DNA from: Macrostomum lignano
Lineage: Eukaryota
Direction: 5' to 3'
Assembly: GCA_002269645.1 (NCBI GenBank)
Contig: NIVC01000260.1
Location: 558,001 to 622,000, forward strand
Length of the DNA: 64,000 bases
A program made the translations under genes and the position numbers. The notes under the pieces are model-generated. The model searched no databases. It was not told the DNA's origin and saw only the letters and a program-made list of their open reading frames with translations. Of this stretch, positions 24,249 to 36,299 are shown piece after piece (position 1 is the stretch's first letter; every line of letters begins with the position of its first letter).

Positions 24249-25135
24249 TTTCTGTTGTAAAGTTTCCTGTAATTTACCTATCGCTTGGAATTTTATCTTT
24301 TTTAAATTGACACAACCGCTTGCTTGTACGAACGTATAACTAAGATATGGACTCGTCTACAAAATCTGTGAGACTTGAGCAAACTCATAGCAGGCGCCTC
24401 ATCAAGCAAAAAAAGATGCAGTGGCTGAGAGTTCGCATTGTTGGAAAAGTATAGAGGTGGCAATGGCTCGCCTTGGAGGCGGTGTTCCATTTGAAGGTCG
24501 TCTATTCGAGAGGACAGGGGAGGACAGGGGGGAGAGGTTTCGTTCCTTATTTTTACCCTGAAAAAAAGTTACAGGAATTTTCATATCCATTCTCTGTCTG
24601 CCTCGGTTGCTTGAGAGCTTGCTCGAAGTTTGAGATAAATATTTATTCATACAAAAGGTTGCTTAGCTCTGGGCATAATTACTCCAACTCAGAGCAGGAG
24701 CATTTACTTGTCCTGGGCATACGGCTTACAATGGGTATCACTTTAGTCTGCGAGCGTAGCGCTGCGGCTCCTCTCCTCTGCATCGAGCTTAACTGTTTGG
24801 GTCTGACGTCCGGCCCACTCCTGCCTACAAGAATAAGTTGCGAATTGCAGAAACCCAAAAGGCACAAGCAGCTCAATTTTAACTCAGTTTGAGCTGACGC
24901 TTGTGCAGCAGTCAGTGGACAGATTGGTGAGGCGGCAAACCTGCTAATTATTCTTCTTAAGAGTTTTTCTGTCCGCTAATAAATTATTTTCTAAGCAGCT
25001 TTGTCATGGCAACCAACCCACAACATAAAAACTGGCCCCATCCATGCAGTCCATAGCTCAAATAGCAAATGTTAACAAGCCACATAGCGAACCCCTCTGT
25101 TGAGAAGAAAAATACAAGCCCCTACTAGAGCAACC

Positions 25136-25613
25136 ATGCGCTTCACCCTGCTTCTTCTGGTGCTCGGAGGTGAGTAGTGAAGTGACTGGTTGATCTAGCT
25201 TCTTAGTTTCTATGGAAACCAAATCGTCCTTGCAGCTGTGACGCTCAGCGCCAATGCTTTCAACCTGGACTGCTACAACTGCACATCCTGCAGCGAGACA
25301 TTCGATCGCAACAAAAGCAGGGTTTTTAGCGGCTGCAACGCCTGTGCCGTGAGTTAAACCTGTCAGACAGTTTGATCAGCTCATGATTCACCTCATCATT
25401 CGGTGTGACTAATTGCAGAAGTACAAATACACTGGCACCGGGACTGTGGACCGCTTCTGCGCCAGCTACTGCAACCCGGGAATCGACCGGTATGGAAACG
25501 AAGTCTATTGCTGCAGCACTGACCTCTGCAACTTCGGTGAGCGACTCGGCAGTCTCTTCTGGCTGCTGCTGTTGCCAGCTGCCGCTGTGGCTGCCATCAG
25601 CTCCCGGCTGTGA
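25136..25613 (+). CDS. Ly6/uPAR (three-finger, CD59-like) GPI-anchored protein; exons 25136-25169, 25236-25348, 25419-25613
   Basis: Spliced product MRFTLLLLVLGAVTLSANAFNLDCYNCTSC...GCNACAKYK...RFCASYC...YCCSTDLCN followed by a hydrophobic tail. It has a signal peptide, 10 Cys, the CCxxxxCN motif and canonical GT-AG introns. Confidence 0.9.
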
Positions 25614-26062
25614 GCCACCTGCTAGCAACAGCTGACGATCCTGATGCGATAGCAACTCTATATACGCTAATTTTCAACAGAACTTCAATAAACTATTTTG
25701 CCAGCTCCTACAGTATCAACTTCTGTTTTTTAGTTTGAAATACGAGTAGTTTAGTTTTTAGTTTAGTTTAGTTTTAGTTTAAAAAATCCGGATATCATAA
25801 AAACTTTCAATTATGATATGATATATATTTTCAAATTCTCTATTATCGTTTTTAAATAATATTTTAAGATTTTTTGATAAATGTAGCCAGCCGATCTGAT
25901 CTGCCTTATACCTAAATTCCAACAAAATCACGATATTCTAATTTCTTTTTAAATTTTGCAGAAATTGTTTGTTGCTAAATTGCTGATACAAGGAGCAAGT
26001 CTTCACCGAGTTGAGTAGCATAACCATCGCCAAAATTCTGTATGGATTACCCATACAAAAAC

Positions 26063-28185
26063 ACACCTGCATGCAGACCTAAAACACACCTATAGATCCT
26101 GCAGACCTAAAACACACCTACGTGTAGATCCTGCAGACCTAAAACACACCTACATGTAGATCCTGCAGACCTAAAACATACCTACATGTAGATACTGCAG
26201 ACCTAAACACACCTATAGATCCTGCAGACCTAAAACACACCTACATGTAGATCCTGCAGACCTAAACACACCTACATGTAGATCCTGCAGACCTAAAACA
26301 CACCTACATGTAGATCCTGCAGACCTAAAACACACCTATAGATCCTGCAGACATAAAACACACCTACGTGTAGATCCTGCAGACCTAAAACACACCTACA
26401 TGTAGATCCTGCAGACCTAAAACATACCTACATGTAGATACTGCAGACCTAAACACACCTATAGATCCTGCAGACCTAAAACACACCTACATGTAGATCC
26501 TGCAGACCTAAACACACCTACATGTAGATCCCGCAGACCTAAAACACACCTACATGTAGATCCTGCAGACCTAAAACACACCTATAGATCCTGCAGACAT
26601 AAAACACACCTACGTGTAGATCCTGCAGACCTAAAACACACCTACATGTAGATCCTGCAGACCTAAAACACACCTACGTGTAGATCCTGCAGACCTAAAA
26701 CACACCTACGTGTAGATCCTGCAGACCTAAAACACACCTACATGTAGATACTGCAGACCTAAAACACACATATAGATCCTGCAGACCTAAAACACACCTA
26801 TAGATCCTGGAGACCTAAAACACACCTACATGTAGATCCTGCAGACCTAAAAAACACCTACAGGTAGATCCTGCAGACCTAAAACACACGTAGATCTTGC
26901 GGACCTAAAGCACACCTACATGTAGATCTTGCAGACCTAAAACACACCTATAGATCCTGCAGACCTAAAACACACCTACGTGTAGATCCCGCAGACCTAA
27001 AACATACCTACATGTAGATCCTGCAGACCTAAAACACACCTATAGATCCTGCAGACCTAAAACACACCTATAGATCCTACAGACCTAAAACACACCTACA
27101 TTTAGATCCTGCAGACCTAAAACATCCTATATGTAGATCCTGCAGACCTAAAACACACCTACGTGTAGATCCTGCAGACCTAAAACACACCTACATGTAG
27201 ATACTGCAGACCTAAAACACACCTATAGATCCTGCAGACCTAAAACACACCTATAGATCCTGCAGACCTAAAACACACCTATAGATCCTGCAGACCTAAA
27301 ACACACCTACGTGTAGATCCTGCAGACCTAAAACACACCTACATGTAGATCCTGCAGACCTAAAACATACCTACATGTAGATACTGCAGACCTAAACACA
27401 CCTATAGATCCTGCAGACCTAAAACACACCTACATGTAGATCCTGCAGACCTAAAACACACCTACATGTAGATACTGCAGACCTAAAACACACCTATAGA
27501 TCCTGCAGACCTAAAACACACCTATAGATCCTGCAGACCTAAAACACACCTATAGATCCTGGAGACCTAAAACACACCTGCATGTAGATCCTGCAGACCT
27601 AAAACACACCTATAGATCCTGCAGACCTAAAACACACCTATAGATCCTGCAGACCTAAAACACACCTATAGATCCTGCGAACCTAAAACACACCTACATT
27701 TAGATCTTGCAGACCTAAAACACACCTATAGATCATGCAGACCTAAAACACACCTACGTGTAGATCCTGCAGACCTAAAACACACCTATAGATCCTGCAG
27801 ACCTAAAACACACCTATAGATCCTGCGAACCTAAAACACACCTACATTTAGATCTTGCAGACCTAAAACACACCTATAGATCATGCAGACCTAAAACACA
27901 CCTACGTGTAGATCCTGCAGACCTAAAACATACCTACATGTAGATCCTGCAGACCTAAAACATACCTACATGTAGATCCTGCAGACCTAAAACATACCTA
28001 CATGTAGATCCTGCAGACCTAAAACACACCTATAGATCCTGCAGACCTAAAACACACCTACATGTAGATCCTGCAGACCTAAAACACAACTACATTTAGA
28101 TCCGGCAGACCTAAAACACACCTACAGGTAGATCCTGCAGACCTAAAACACACCTACAGGTAGATCCTGCAGACCTAAAACACAT
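26063..28185. repeat. 2.1-kb satellite of 28/32-bp units CCTGCAGACCTAAAACACACCTA(CATG)TAGAT
   Basis: Directly visible; no unique spacers. Confidence 0.97.
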
Positions 28186-28549
28186 CTTTTTAGGTTTTTG
28201 AGATCTAAAAAGCACTACTAGAGACTTATTAAGGGCCCTTTTTGGAGGTGAGGTTGATTTCAACCCATCTCGCCTCTGGTCGGCACTCGACGCCAAGCAC
28301 CGGCAGGCGCGCGGCGCCAAGTGCCGATTTCGTACCCCAAAGTCGTCCCGATATGTATGCCGCAGGCACCCCGCCGGCGCATGGCGCTAAGCGCCGAAAT
28401 GTAGGCGCCCTGATATGTACGCGCCCCGCAGGTGCCCCGATATGTACGCTCTTTGATATGTAGGTATCGATATGTAGCGCCCGGATATGTATTTACCGAT
28501 ATGTAGGCACCCCGAGCGCGCGATATGGATGCCGCAAGCCCCTAAAAGG

Positions 28550-28705
28550 ATTCCCGCCCCTCCTGGGATTCCCACCCCTCCTGGGATTCCCACCCCTCCT
28601 GGGATTCCTACCCCTCCTGGGATTCCCACCCCTCCTGGGATTCCCATTCCTCCTGGGATTCCCACCCTCCTGGGATTCCCACCCCTCCTGGGATTCCTGC
28701 CCCTC
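28550..28705. repeat. 18-bp minisatellite CCCCTCCTGGGATTCCCA
   Basis: About 8 tandem units, preceded by GATATGTA-containing degenerate repeats (28350-28530). Confidence 0.9.
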
Positions 28706-28985
28706 CCAGGAGTCGTGCGCATAAAAAAACGAATCTGGTAGTATCTATGTAGTTAGTATCTGAGCCTATAATCTGCTGTGCGTAAAAAATGAAATACTGG
28801 AAGACTGAAATAAAACCTGCTTTTTGGAATGCCATTGTTTATTTAACTTGCTAGTACTTTTTGCTCATTAAGACAACAGTTCGTGATAAATTTGATATTT
28901 AATCTTAGTTATTTAAATAATAAGGGACAAACAGGTGCAATTGAACCTGTACGATCTGCTCTGTAGTGTGTTTGTTCCCTTCGAA

Positions 28986-29705
28986 TCAGACCAGGCGGAA
29001 CTTGACCCAGTCGGCGTTCGTCTCGATCTCCGCCTCCACCTGAGCGTCGGTGAACAGCAGCAGGCGGCAGGCTCTCAGCTTGCTGTTGTACAGCACGTGT
29101 CTGCAGCTGGCCGCACACATGCCAGCAGCTGTACACTCGATGACGCTATCAATGTTTTTTGCATCTTCGAAGCAATAGTAGGAGTTGTTGTAATTCGCTG
29201 GGTCAAAGCGGGCGGCCGTCCAGGTTCGATCAGCTTGGGGTCCAGTTTTGTTCACGAACTCGCAGATGAATCCATAATTTTTCCAGCATTCTCTTGTAGC
29301 GATCTTTCCATCAGGTTTTATTCTTAGACAGAATTCTTCATAGTTGTCACTCAGCCCTCTGAGCAGAGTGCTGTCATCCGGAAAGATGCCGTTGCCATTG
29401 ACCCTCTGCCATCCAGCCGTACTCTTGCCTCTGTAGTCTGCCAGCTGGCTGAGTCCGATCCACAGGTGGCAACTGCAGGATGAGCTGATGCCGCTGCTAC
29501 TCAGTGCCAGGATGGAGCTGTGCGAGTTAACGAGCTCGCCTCCGATCGATGCGCACTGCCGATTGGCTGAGCACCAGCTGTGGCTGTGAGCTGTGCTCAC
29601 GAACAGGCACAGACCGGCCTGCATGGTGAACGGTGCGGGACACAGCAGGGCCTGCGACTGCAGCAGCTGGCAGCTCAGCAGCAGCAGCAGCAGCAGCGCA
29701 AGCAT
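28986..29705 (-). CDS. C-type lectin + PAN/apple-like secreted protein, copy 2 (intact, 239 aa)
   Basis: Signal peptide MLALLLLLLLSCQLLQSQA, lectin cysteines and WIGL, and the conserved C-terminal domain in one open frame. Confidence 0.88.
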   Translation of the reverse strand: MLALLLLLLLSCQLLQSQALLCPAPFTMQAGLCLFVSTAHSHSWCSANRQCASIGGELVNSHSSILALSSSGISSSCSCHLWIGLSQLADYRGKSTAGWQRVNGNGIFPDDSTLLRGLSDNYEEFCLRIKPDGKIATRECWKNYGFICEFVNKTGPQADRTWTAARFDPANYNNSYYCFEDAKNIDSVIECTAAGMCAASCRHVLYNSKLRACRLLLFTDAQVEAEIETNADWVKFRLV

Positions 29706-31236
29706 TTGGCGATGCTCTCTGAACCTAAAAAGCATAAATTTCGGGCCACGAAGATTCGCAGGGATGCTCATTATTTCTACATGATTTAACGGCGATAATG
29801 AGGAAGCCAAAACGCATTCAAACAGATGCCGATTGCATTCTTGCCTTTTGGCTGTTCGGTTCTCTGTCAAGAGTTTGATTCCGCCTGTCGTGGTAGCCTT
29901 CTGCTGTTTGTCTCTGATTGTGTCTCTCTCTTCTCTCTCCCAGTTTCTTCATTTTGCAAACGTCGATTTTGAGGAATATATTTTATTTCCACATTTGGGT
30001 AGAAAGACGCCACATCCGGGGGTTTATTGACAGTCGTGAGCTGGCAGGAGTTGCATTTGCTGTGTCAATAATCCGCTCTGGAAGGGTTTGGCTTTGTTTG
30101 GCCACCTAATGCATCTGAGCCTCAACTGGGTATGGTTGGTTTGAAGACATCAATTAGGAATATCCCTTTCTTGACTTTCTTGTCCAGCTGTTCTTTCGCT
30201 ATTGTGCCGGGCACTCTTGCAGTGCGAGCGCACCCCGTCCTCTGGTGCGGTTGAATCATACCCATGCCCCGGCCGTTCCACCCTCCTTTGATAATTATGT
30301 GAATCGCCAATACATGTGTTGCGAGGTGTGCCTCAGCCAGTTAGCTTAAGCTTCCTTTTTCTGCCATGTCGTTCAACGCCTCCTTAATTATTACCTTGCT
30401 TGCTGTGCGATGATTGGCCAGGCAATTCCTTGCAATGATTTTTTTACTCTGCGCTGTGCTGTGATTGGCTGGTGGGTGCCTGAGCCACCCAAGTTGGGGT
30501 TGGGGCTGGTTTAATCCGGTTGGTTGGGGTGGGGCTCTGAGCCTGCCCTTCCCCTTGCGTTCCGTGGCAAGGGGGAATCTTTAAGCCCAGTGTCGCTTGT
30601 CCCACCCTCCGCGGGCCCCGCCGTGTTTGAGAGATTGTTCCATTCGTAGTGCGCGTCAGAGGGTGCGTCCCAGACTCCCGAGATATTGTTAGCACTTTAC
30701 TGTACTGTACTCTGCAATGACCCACTCCACTGCCTATAGGCCGGGAATTCTGGGATACGACAATCGCAACTGAGCGTCTCTTAAATCTGTGGATGGATTG
30801 CGGAACCTTCCTTTCTAATCTCTCTCAATCTCGATGCAGTAAATCAAGCATTATTGGCGATTCCGACTTATAGTCGTGCATGCAACCCGTCTCCACCTCT
30901 TCAATGTCAATACTGCCGCTTTAACAAATATTTGCGATGCTTTTAAAATGCGTTTTACTTGGGAGTTTGCTGGTTTGCCTTGGACGCGCTTTCTCTCTGA
31001 GTTGTCTTCCTTACCTGCTAAACTGCAACACCAATTACCGCAGCATTATGCGTTCGAGCCAAATCTATAAACTAGCTCCTGACTACGAACAAAGCAAGAC
31101 TTACAAATTTTATTTCTAGGCTAAGAATATTGTCCCTAACAAAATAAAATTGGAGTTAGAAACTTTAGCGTAACCTTTCTTTCATTTGAAATCAGACTTT
31201 AAAAAATAGTCTTTTAGAAAAATCTTTTCGTTCGAA

Positions 31237-32032
31237 TCAGACCAGGCGGAACTTGACCCAGTCGGCGTTCGTCTCGATCTCCGCCTCCACCTGAGCGTCG
31301 GTGAACAGCAGCAGGCGGCAGACTCTCAGCTTGCTGTTGTACAGCACGTGTCTGCAGCTGGCGTCACTTATGCCAGCAGCTGTACACTCGATGGCACTTC
31401 TCACATTCGGCCGCCTTCCGGTCGCCGGTACTGGGTTTAGAGTTTGTCAGAATCCCGAACTCGCAGATGAAGCCGAGCTGACAGCCGCAGTCCCTGTCGG
31501 ATAGCTTTCTGTCGGGTTTCTACCGAAGGCAGTATTCAATTGGCTCGCCAAGCTGACTGAAGAGAGTGCTGTCCTCGGGAAATACCCTGCTGCTGACTGA
31601 AGAGAGTGCTGTCCTCGGGAAATACCCTGCTGCTGACTGAAGAGAGTGCTGTCCTCGGGAAATACCCTGCTGCTGACTGAAGAGAGTGCTGTCCTCGGGA
31701 AATACCCTGCTGCTGACTGAAGAGAGTGCTGTCCTCGGGAAATACTCTGCTGCCGTTGACCCTCTGCCAGCCGGCCCTGCTGCAGCCTCTCATCAGCCAG
31801 GTCGCTCACTCCGATCCACAGGTCGCAGCCGCAGTCCGCAGTTGAAATTTCTCCGTCAACAATCAAATTCGCTTGATCGAGTCGCACGATTGCTGCTTAA
31901 ATGAGTACCAGTCGCTTGTCTGAGCAGTGCTCAGAAACAGGTGCACTTTCCGGCCTAGAGTCGGATGGGACCTGGGCACATCAGAGGTAGCAGAAGCAAC
32001 AGCAGAATCGTGTACAATGATTTAGTGGCCAT
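31237..32032 (-). pseudogene. C-type lectin + PAN-like copy 3 (nonsense codon, deletions, internal 40-bp tandem amplification)
   Basis: MATKSLYTILLLLLLPLMCPGPIRL then TAG where paralogs have E of EAGKC; CGCDLWIGVSDLADER and the conserved 3' block are retained; five 40-bp repeats at ~31553-31752. Confidence 0.85.
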
Positions 32033-32789
32033 CGGGTGCACACAACCTAAGCATAAAAACCGCGAATTAGTCTCATTAATATGCGATCCTGTTTTTGCAT
32101 GTCTTTGGTCCGTTCGTGTGCAACTTAAACTGTACACTGTGTGCCCCTCTTATGACTCTACCGATTCATCCCAACCGACCCCCTGCTTCCCTTCTCGTAT
32201 CTCTCCTTTTCCCCCTCATTATTTATTATTCTTATTGCTGCGATGTCAAGGCTTACTGGGGTGGGGAGAATTGTTAAGCTATCAAGGCTGAAATGTCAGA
32301 AGCTACATGTATAGTTTATTCAGAAAAAATTATTTTATTCTTTGAACTATTTTACTCGAATAGGGTGATTTACTAAACGGAAAAAGAAATGATTTTAAGA
32401 AAATATGTTTTCTTTTTACAGGATTTTCATAAATAATTTCCGTCACTTGCTTATTGGCCTCTCCGAAGGGGGCACTAGATTTCTAGATTTCCTTATCTCT
32501 ACTATCGTCTCTCTCCATTCTTCTCTCTCACTGTCTCCCTCCTACCCCCATCATCTCTAATCTTTGACTCTTGGCTGACTTACTAAATGATAAAAACTAG
32601 GATCTCGAAAAAATCTAAAAAATCTGTTTCCACGGCTTGGGAGGCTGTAAAAATCGCTTTGCTTTAAATTAGGAATCTGCAAACTCCGACCTGAGCACGT
32701 GCGGCTCGCGAAGCCTCTCAATCCGGCCCTCGCGGGTCCTTTGAAACTTGAAACAGCAACCCGGCCCGCTCAAGGCTTGCGTCTCTTCT

Positions 32790-33120
32790 CAGCACTCTTC
32801 TCTCTCGTCTCTCCCCTCTTCTCTCCCTTCTCGTCTCTTCATCTCTTCTCCCCTCTTTTTCCCTCCTTCTCCTCTCCCCTTCTCCTCTCCCCCCTTCTCC
32901 TCTCCCCTTCTCCTCTCTCCCCTTCTCCTCTCTCCCCTTCTCCTCTCCCCCCTTCTCCTCTCCCCTTCTCCTCTCTCCCCTTCTCCTCTCTCCCCTTCTC
33001 CTCTCTCCCCTTCTCCTCTCTCCCCTTCTCCTCTCTCCCCTTCTCCTCTCCCGCCTTCTCTTCTCTTCCCTTTTCTCCACTCCCCTCTCCCCTTCTCTTA
33101 TCTCCTCTCTTCTCTACTTT
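32790..33120. repeat. Polypyrimidine minisatellite (CTTCTCCTCTCTCCC)n
   Basis: Directly visible 15-bp units. Confidence 0.92.
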
Positions 33121-33654
33121 CTTCTCTCGTGTTTTATCTTCTCTCATCTGGCCAGCGGCAATGAGCTGGATTTTTTATCTGGCCGTTGAGGTAAAAAAAG
33201 TTTGTCAACTCCTGCTTTTAAACAATAATTTTTAATTTAAAATAACCGCGCGCTGTATTTACGAAGTTCTCGCGCCTGCCGCCAATCTGACGTGTTAGCG
33301 CGTATCTTCGCTTTCTTCGATTCCAAAACTGCGTGGACTCGACTTTGGGTGCCGGTTAACGAAGCTCTCACATGAAGCTGCTCTCGTAGCATTAAACCTG
33401 CTATATCGCGCTTTTATTTGCGACTTCATGCATTGGCGACAAACGTGTCACATTTCCTATCAGTGGTGTCTCAGCTTCTCAGCACCTGGCTCAGCTGGCT
33501 CAGCAGAAGCGTCAGGGGTCTGTTGATGCTGACGGAGAAGTCAACCTGTCTGAGGTCGATTTTGATTTACGATCGCCCTACCTGTCACTTTGTCTTGTCG
33601 CTTGCCCCAATCTGTTTTTTCTTCCATTTTCTTAATTTTCGGCAACCGCCCTGA

Positions 33655-33730
33655 TGTCCCAGCTCAACCGCAGGGACATCAGGGCTGTGACCATGGCCCT
33701 CTCGGGTCATGGCTGTTTTGCCAGGCATCG
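33655..33730 (+). mobile_element. Short fragment of a LINE related to the element at 54152-60048
   Basis: Translates as QLNRRDIRAVTMALSGHGCFARH versus RLSRRDIRAATMTLSGHGCFSRH in the full element. Confidence 0.7.
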
Positions 33731-34210
33731 TACAGGAATGTACATAGGCATGTGTACATGGCGTGTAACTAGACATGTACTTATACACTTTTTGTGCCTT
33801 GGGAGTTGGCCCTCTTGAATAAAAATCTCGCGACAGAATCACGGTCGATTGAGCCATCAATACATATACATGCAATGCGCAAGAGTCTACTGAGCAAGAA
33901 TGATTCGTTTAAACGATATTGACTAAAGATTTTCAGATTCGGTGGAATAGATGAATCCATTGATATTTCAGTTAACGACTGTGCGCATGAAATCAAAGTG
34001 TGAACAAAGATGACAAAATATAAATCTGCTTTTTGAGATGCCATTGTTTATTAAACTTGTGGGTGGGGTATTTTGCTCATTTAAAAAGCAGCTCTTAGTT
34101 CTTGGTTTTTATTAAATTTGATATTTTATGTTAGTTATTCGAACGAAAGGGACATAGGGAGTACAATTGAACCACGATCTGCTCTTTAGTGCGTTTTTAT
34201 TCCGTTCGAA

Positions 34211-34930
34211 TCAGACCAGGCGGAACTTGACCCAGTCGGCGCTCGTCTCGATCTCCGCCTCCACCTGAGCGTCGGTGAACAGCAGCAGGCGGCAGGCTCG
34301 CAGCTTGTTGTTGTACAGCACGTGTCTGCAGCTGGCGTCACTCATGGCGGCTGCAACGCACTCAACAGCGCTGCTCACATGCGGCACTTCGGTGAAGCAG
34401 TACTCGGTGTTGTAGGTGGCTCTCTTGAACGACACCTTCTTCCAATTGGCGAGCTTCCGGTAAGCAGAGGGGTCCTTGTACTCGCAAGCGAATCCATAGT
34501 TACGGTTGCAATAGACGTCTCTGAGCAATCCGAGTTCGTTCATCCGAATGCAGTTTTCATCAGCACCTCCGGATGGTTCGCTTGTGTAAAACAGACTTTC
34601 AGGACTGGCGAAGCCGTTTCCGTTGACCCTCTGCCAGCCGGCTCTCTTCTTGCCTCTCTCATCGGCCAGGTCGCTCAGTCCGAGCCACAGCTGGCAGCTG
34701 CAGGATGAGCTGATGCCGCTGCGATTCAGTGCCAGGATGGAGCTGTGCGAGTTGAGCAGCTCGCCTCCGATCGATGCGCACTGCCGATTAGCTGAGCACC
34801 AGCTGTGGCTGTGAGCTGTGCTCACGAACAGGCACAGACCGGCCTGCATGGTGAACGGTGCGGGACACAGCAGGGCCTGCGACTGCAGCAGCTGGCAGCT
34901 CAGCAGCAGCAGCAGCAGCAGCGCAAGCAT
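34211..34930 (-). CDS. C-type lectin + PAN/apple-like secreted protein, copy 4 (intact, 239 aa)
   Basis: Complete ORF with signal peptide, WLGLSD, EPS..ENC, C..NYGFACE and the C-terminal domain. Confidence 0.9.
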   Translation of the reverse strand: MLALLLLLLLSCQLLQSQALLCPAPFTMQAGLCLFVSTAHSHSWCSANRQCASIGGELLNSHSSILALNRSGISSSCSCQLWLGLSDLADERGKKRAGWQRVNGNGFASPESLFYTSEPSGGADENCIRMNELGLLRDVYCNRNYGFACEYKDPSAYRKLANWKKVSFKRATYNTEYCFTEVPHVSSAVECVAAAMSDASCRHVLYNNKLRACRLLLFTDAQVEAEIETSADWVKFRLV

Positions 34931-36299
34931 CGGGCGATGCTCTCTGAACCTAAAAAGCGTAAATTTCGGGCCACGAGAATTCGTAGGAATGCTCATCATT
35001 TCTATATGATTTAATGGCAGTTTGATTCTTGCCTTTTTGTTGTTCGATTCTTTGCTCCAAGAATTTGATTCCGCCTGCAGTCACTTGTCGCTTTCTTCTA
35101 CTGTTGGCTGCCTCGATCTGACTGTCTCAATGTCTGTGAAAATCCGTTGACGATGCAGATACAATTTTCTCTCCTCTCTTTTTTTAGTTTCTTCTTAATT
35201 TTGCAAAGTCGATTTAGGGGAACAGTTTTATTTCCACATTTGTGTAGGAAGACGCCACATCCGGGGTTTATTGACAGTCGTGAGCTGGCAAGAGTTGCAT
35301 TTTCTGTGTCCATTATCCGCTGTGGAAGGGTAACTTTACCAAAACTTTTGGCCACCTGATGCATCCGAGGCTGAACTTGGTATGGTTGGCTTTGAGACTT
35401 CAATTAGCAGCAATATCCCTTTTTTGACTTTCTTGTCCAGCAGTTCTTTTGCTGTTGTGCCGGGCACTCTTGCAGTGCTAGCGCACCGCGTCCTCCAGTG
35501 CGTTTGAGTCATACCCATGCCCCCATTGTTCCCCGTTTGATGATTACGAGAATCACCCCTATACATGTGTGCGAGGAAACTGCCTTGTCCACCAGTTCTA
35601 TTGAAAATCAGCGTCTTGAAAATGTGGATTGCGGAACCTTCCTTTCTAATTTCTCTCAAGCTCGCAGTAAATCGAACATTATTGGCGATTCTGATTTAGT
35701 TGTGCATGCAACGCGTTTTTACCTCTCATCCCGGTGTGAAAAGATGAGTCCGGAAGACCCAGATAGGACTCTGACAAGTCTTTTTCCCAGCAGACAATCA
35801 ATATTGTTTATTATTTTTCTAAAACCAGAAATTCTGACTGTAAATGTACAGTTTGCACTCTTAAAACCATCAAAAGAACTCCTGCAGGTGTTGTTTTTGT
35901 GGGTCCGCCTTCGGTCCTCTTGGAACAGATTTTTTTACTCCGTTGCCAGTCCTTTCTCATGGGATTATTTTTTTCTAAAATTGAAGATCCATAAACAGCA
36001 GCTATATCCAAAACGACATGTAAAAGCTGCTGGCATTCCATTCCATTGTTTAAAAGTCTGCTTATATAATTGCTATCAGTCCTATCTGAGTCCCCAGCCA
36101 CCCTATGCATCAATCAGCCCTCACATTTCCTGTCTTGAAGAAGACTTAAGGCGCTATTATAAGTAACATAAGGGGCAAGAATTATACCTATTTTAATACA
36201 ACATAAATTGTTAGTTTACAATGTATTACATACGAGAAAAAAGCATCATAATACTTTTTAATACCTTTCTCACTAGAGTCTAGAGAATGTACACTAGAG

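Noticed and set aside
25003-25014. RFX X-box upstream of the Ly6 gene (also CCATAGCAAC at ~53460)
   Set aside because: Only a half-site matches, which is expected by chance.
26063-28185. CRISPR-like 28-32 bp repeats
   Set aside because: The units are contiguous with no unique spacers, there are no cas genes, and the context is eukaryotic.
35811-36113. 100-aa minus-strand ORF as a transposase fragment
   Set aside because: No recognisable motif, so it cannot be supported without a search.
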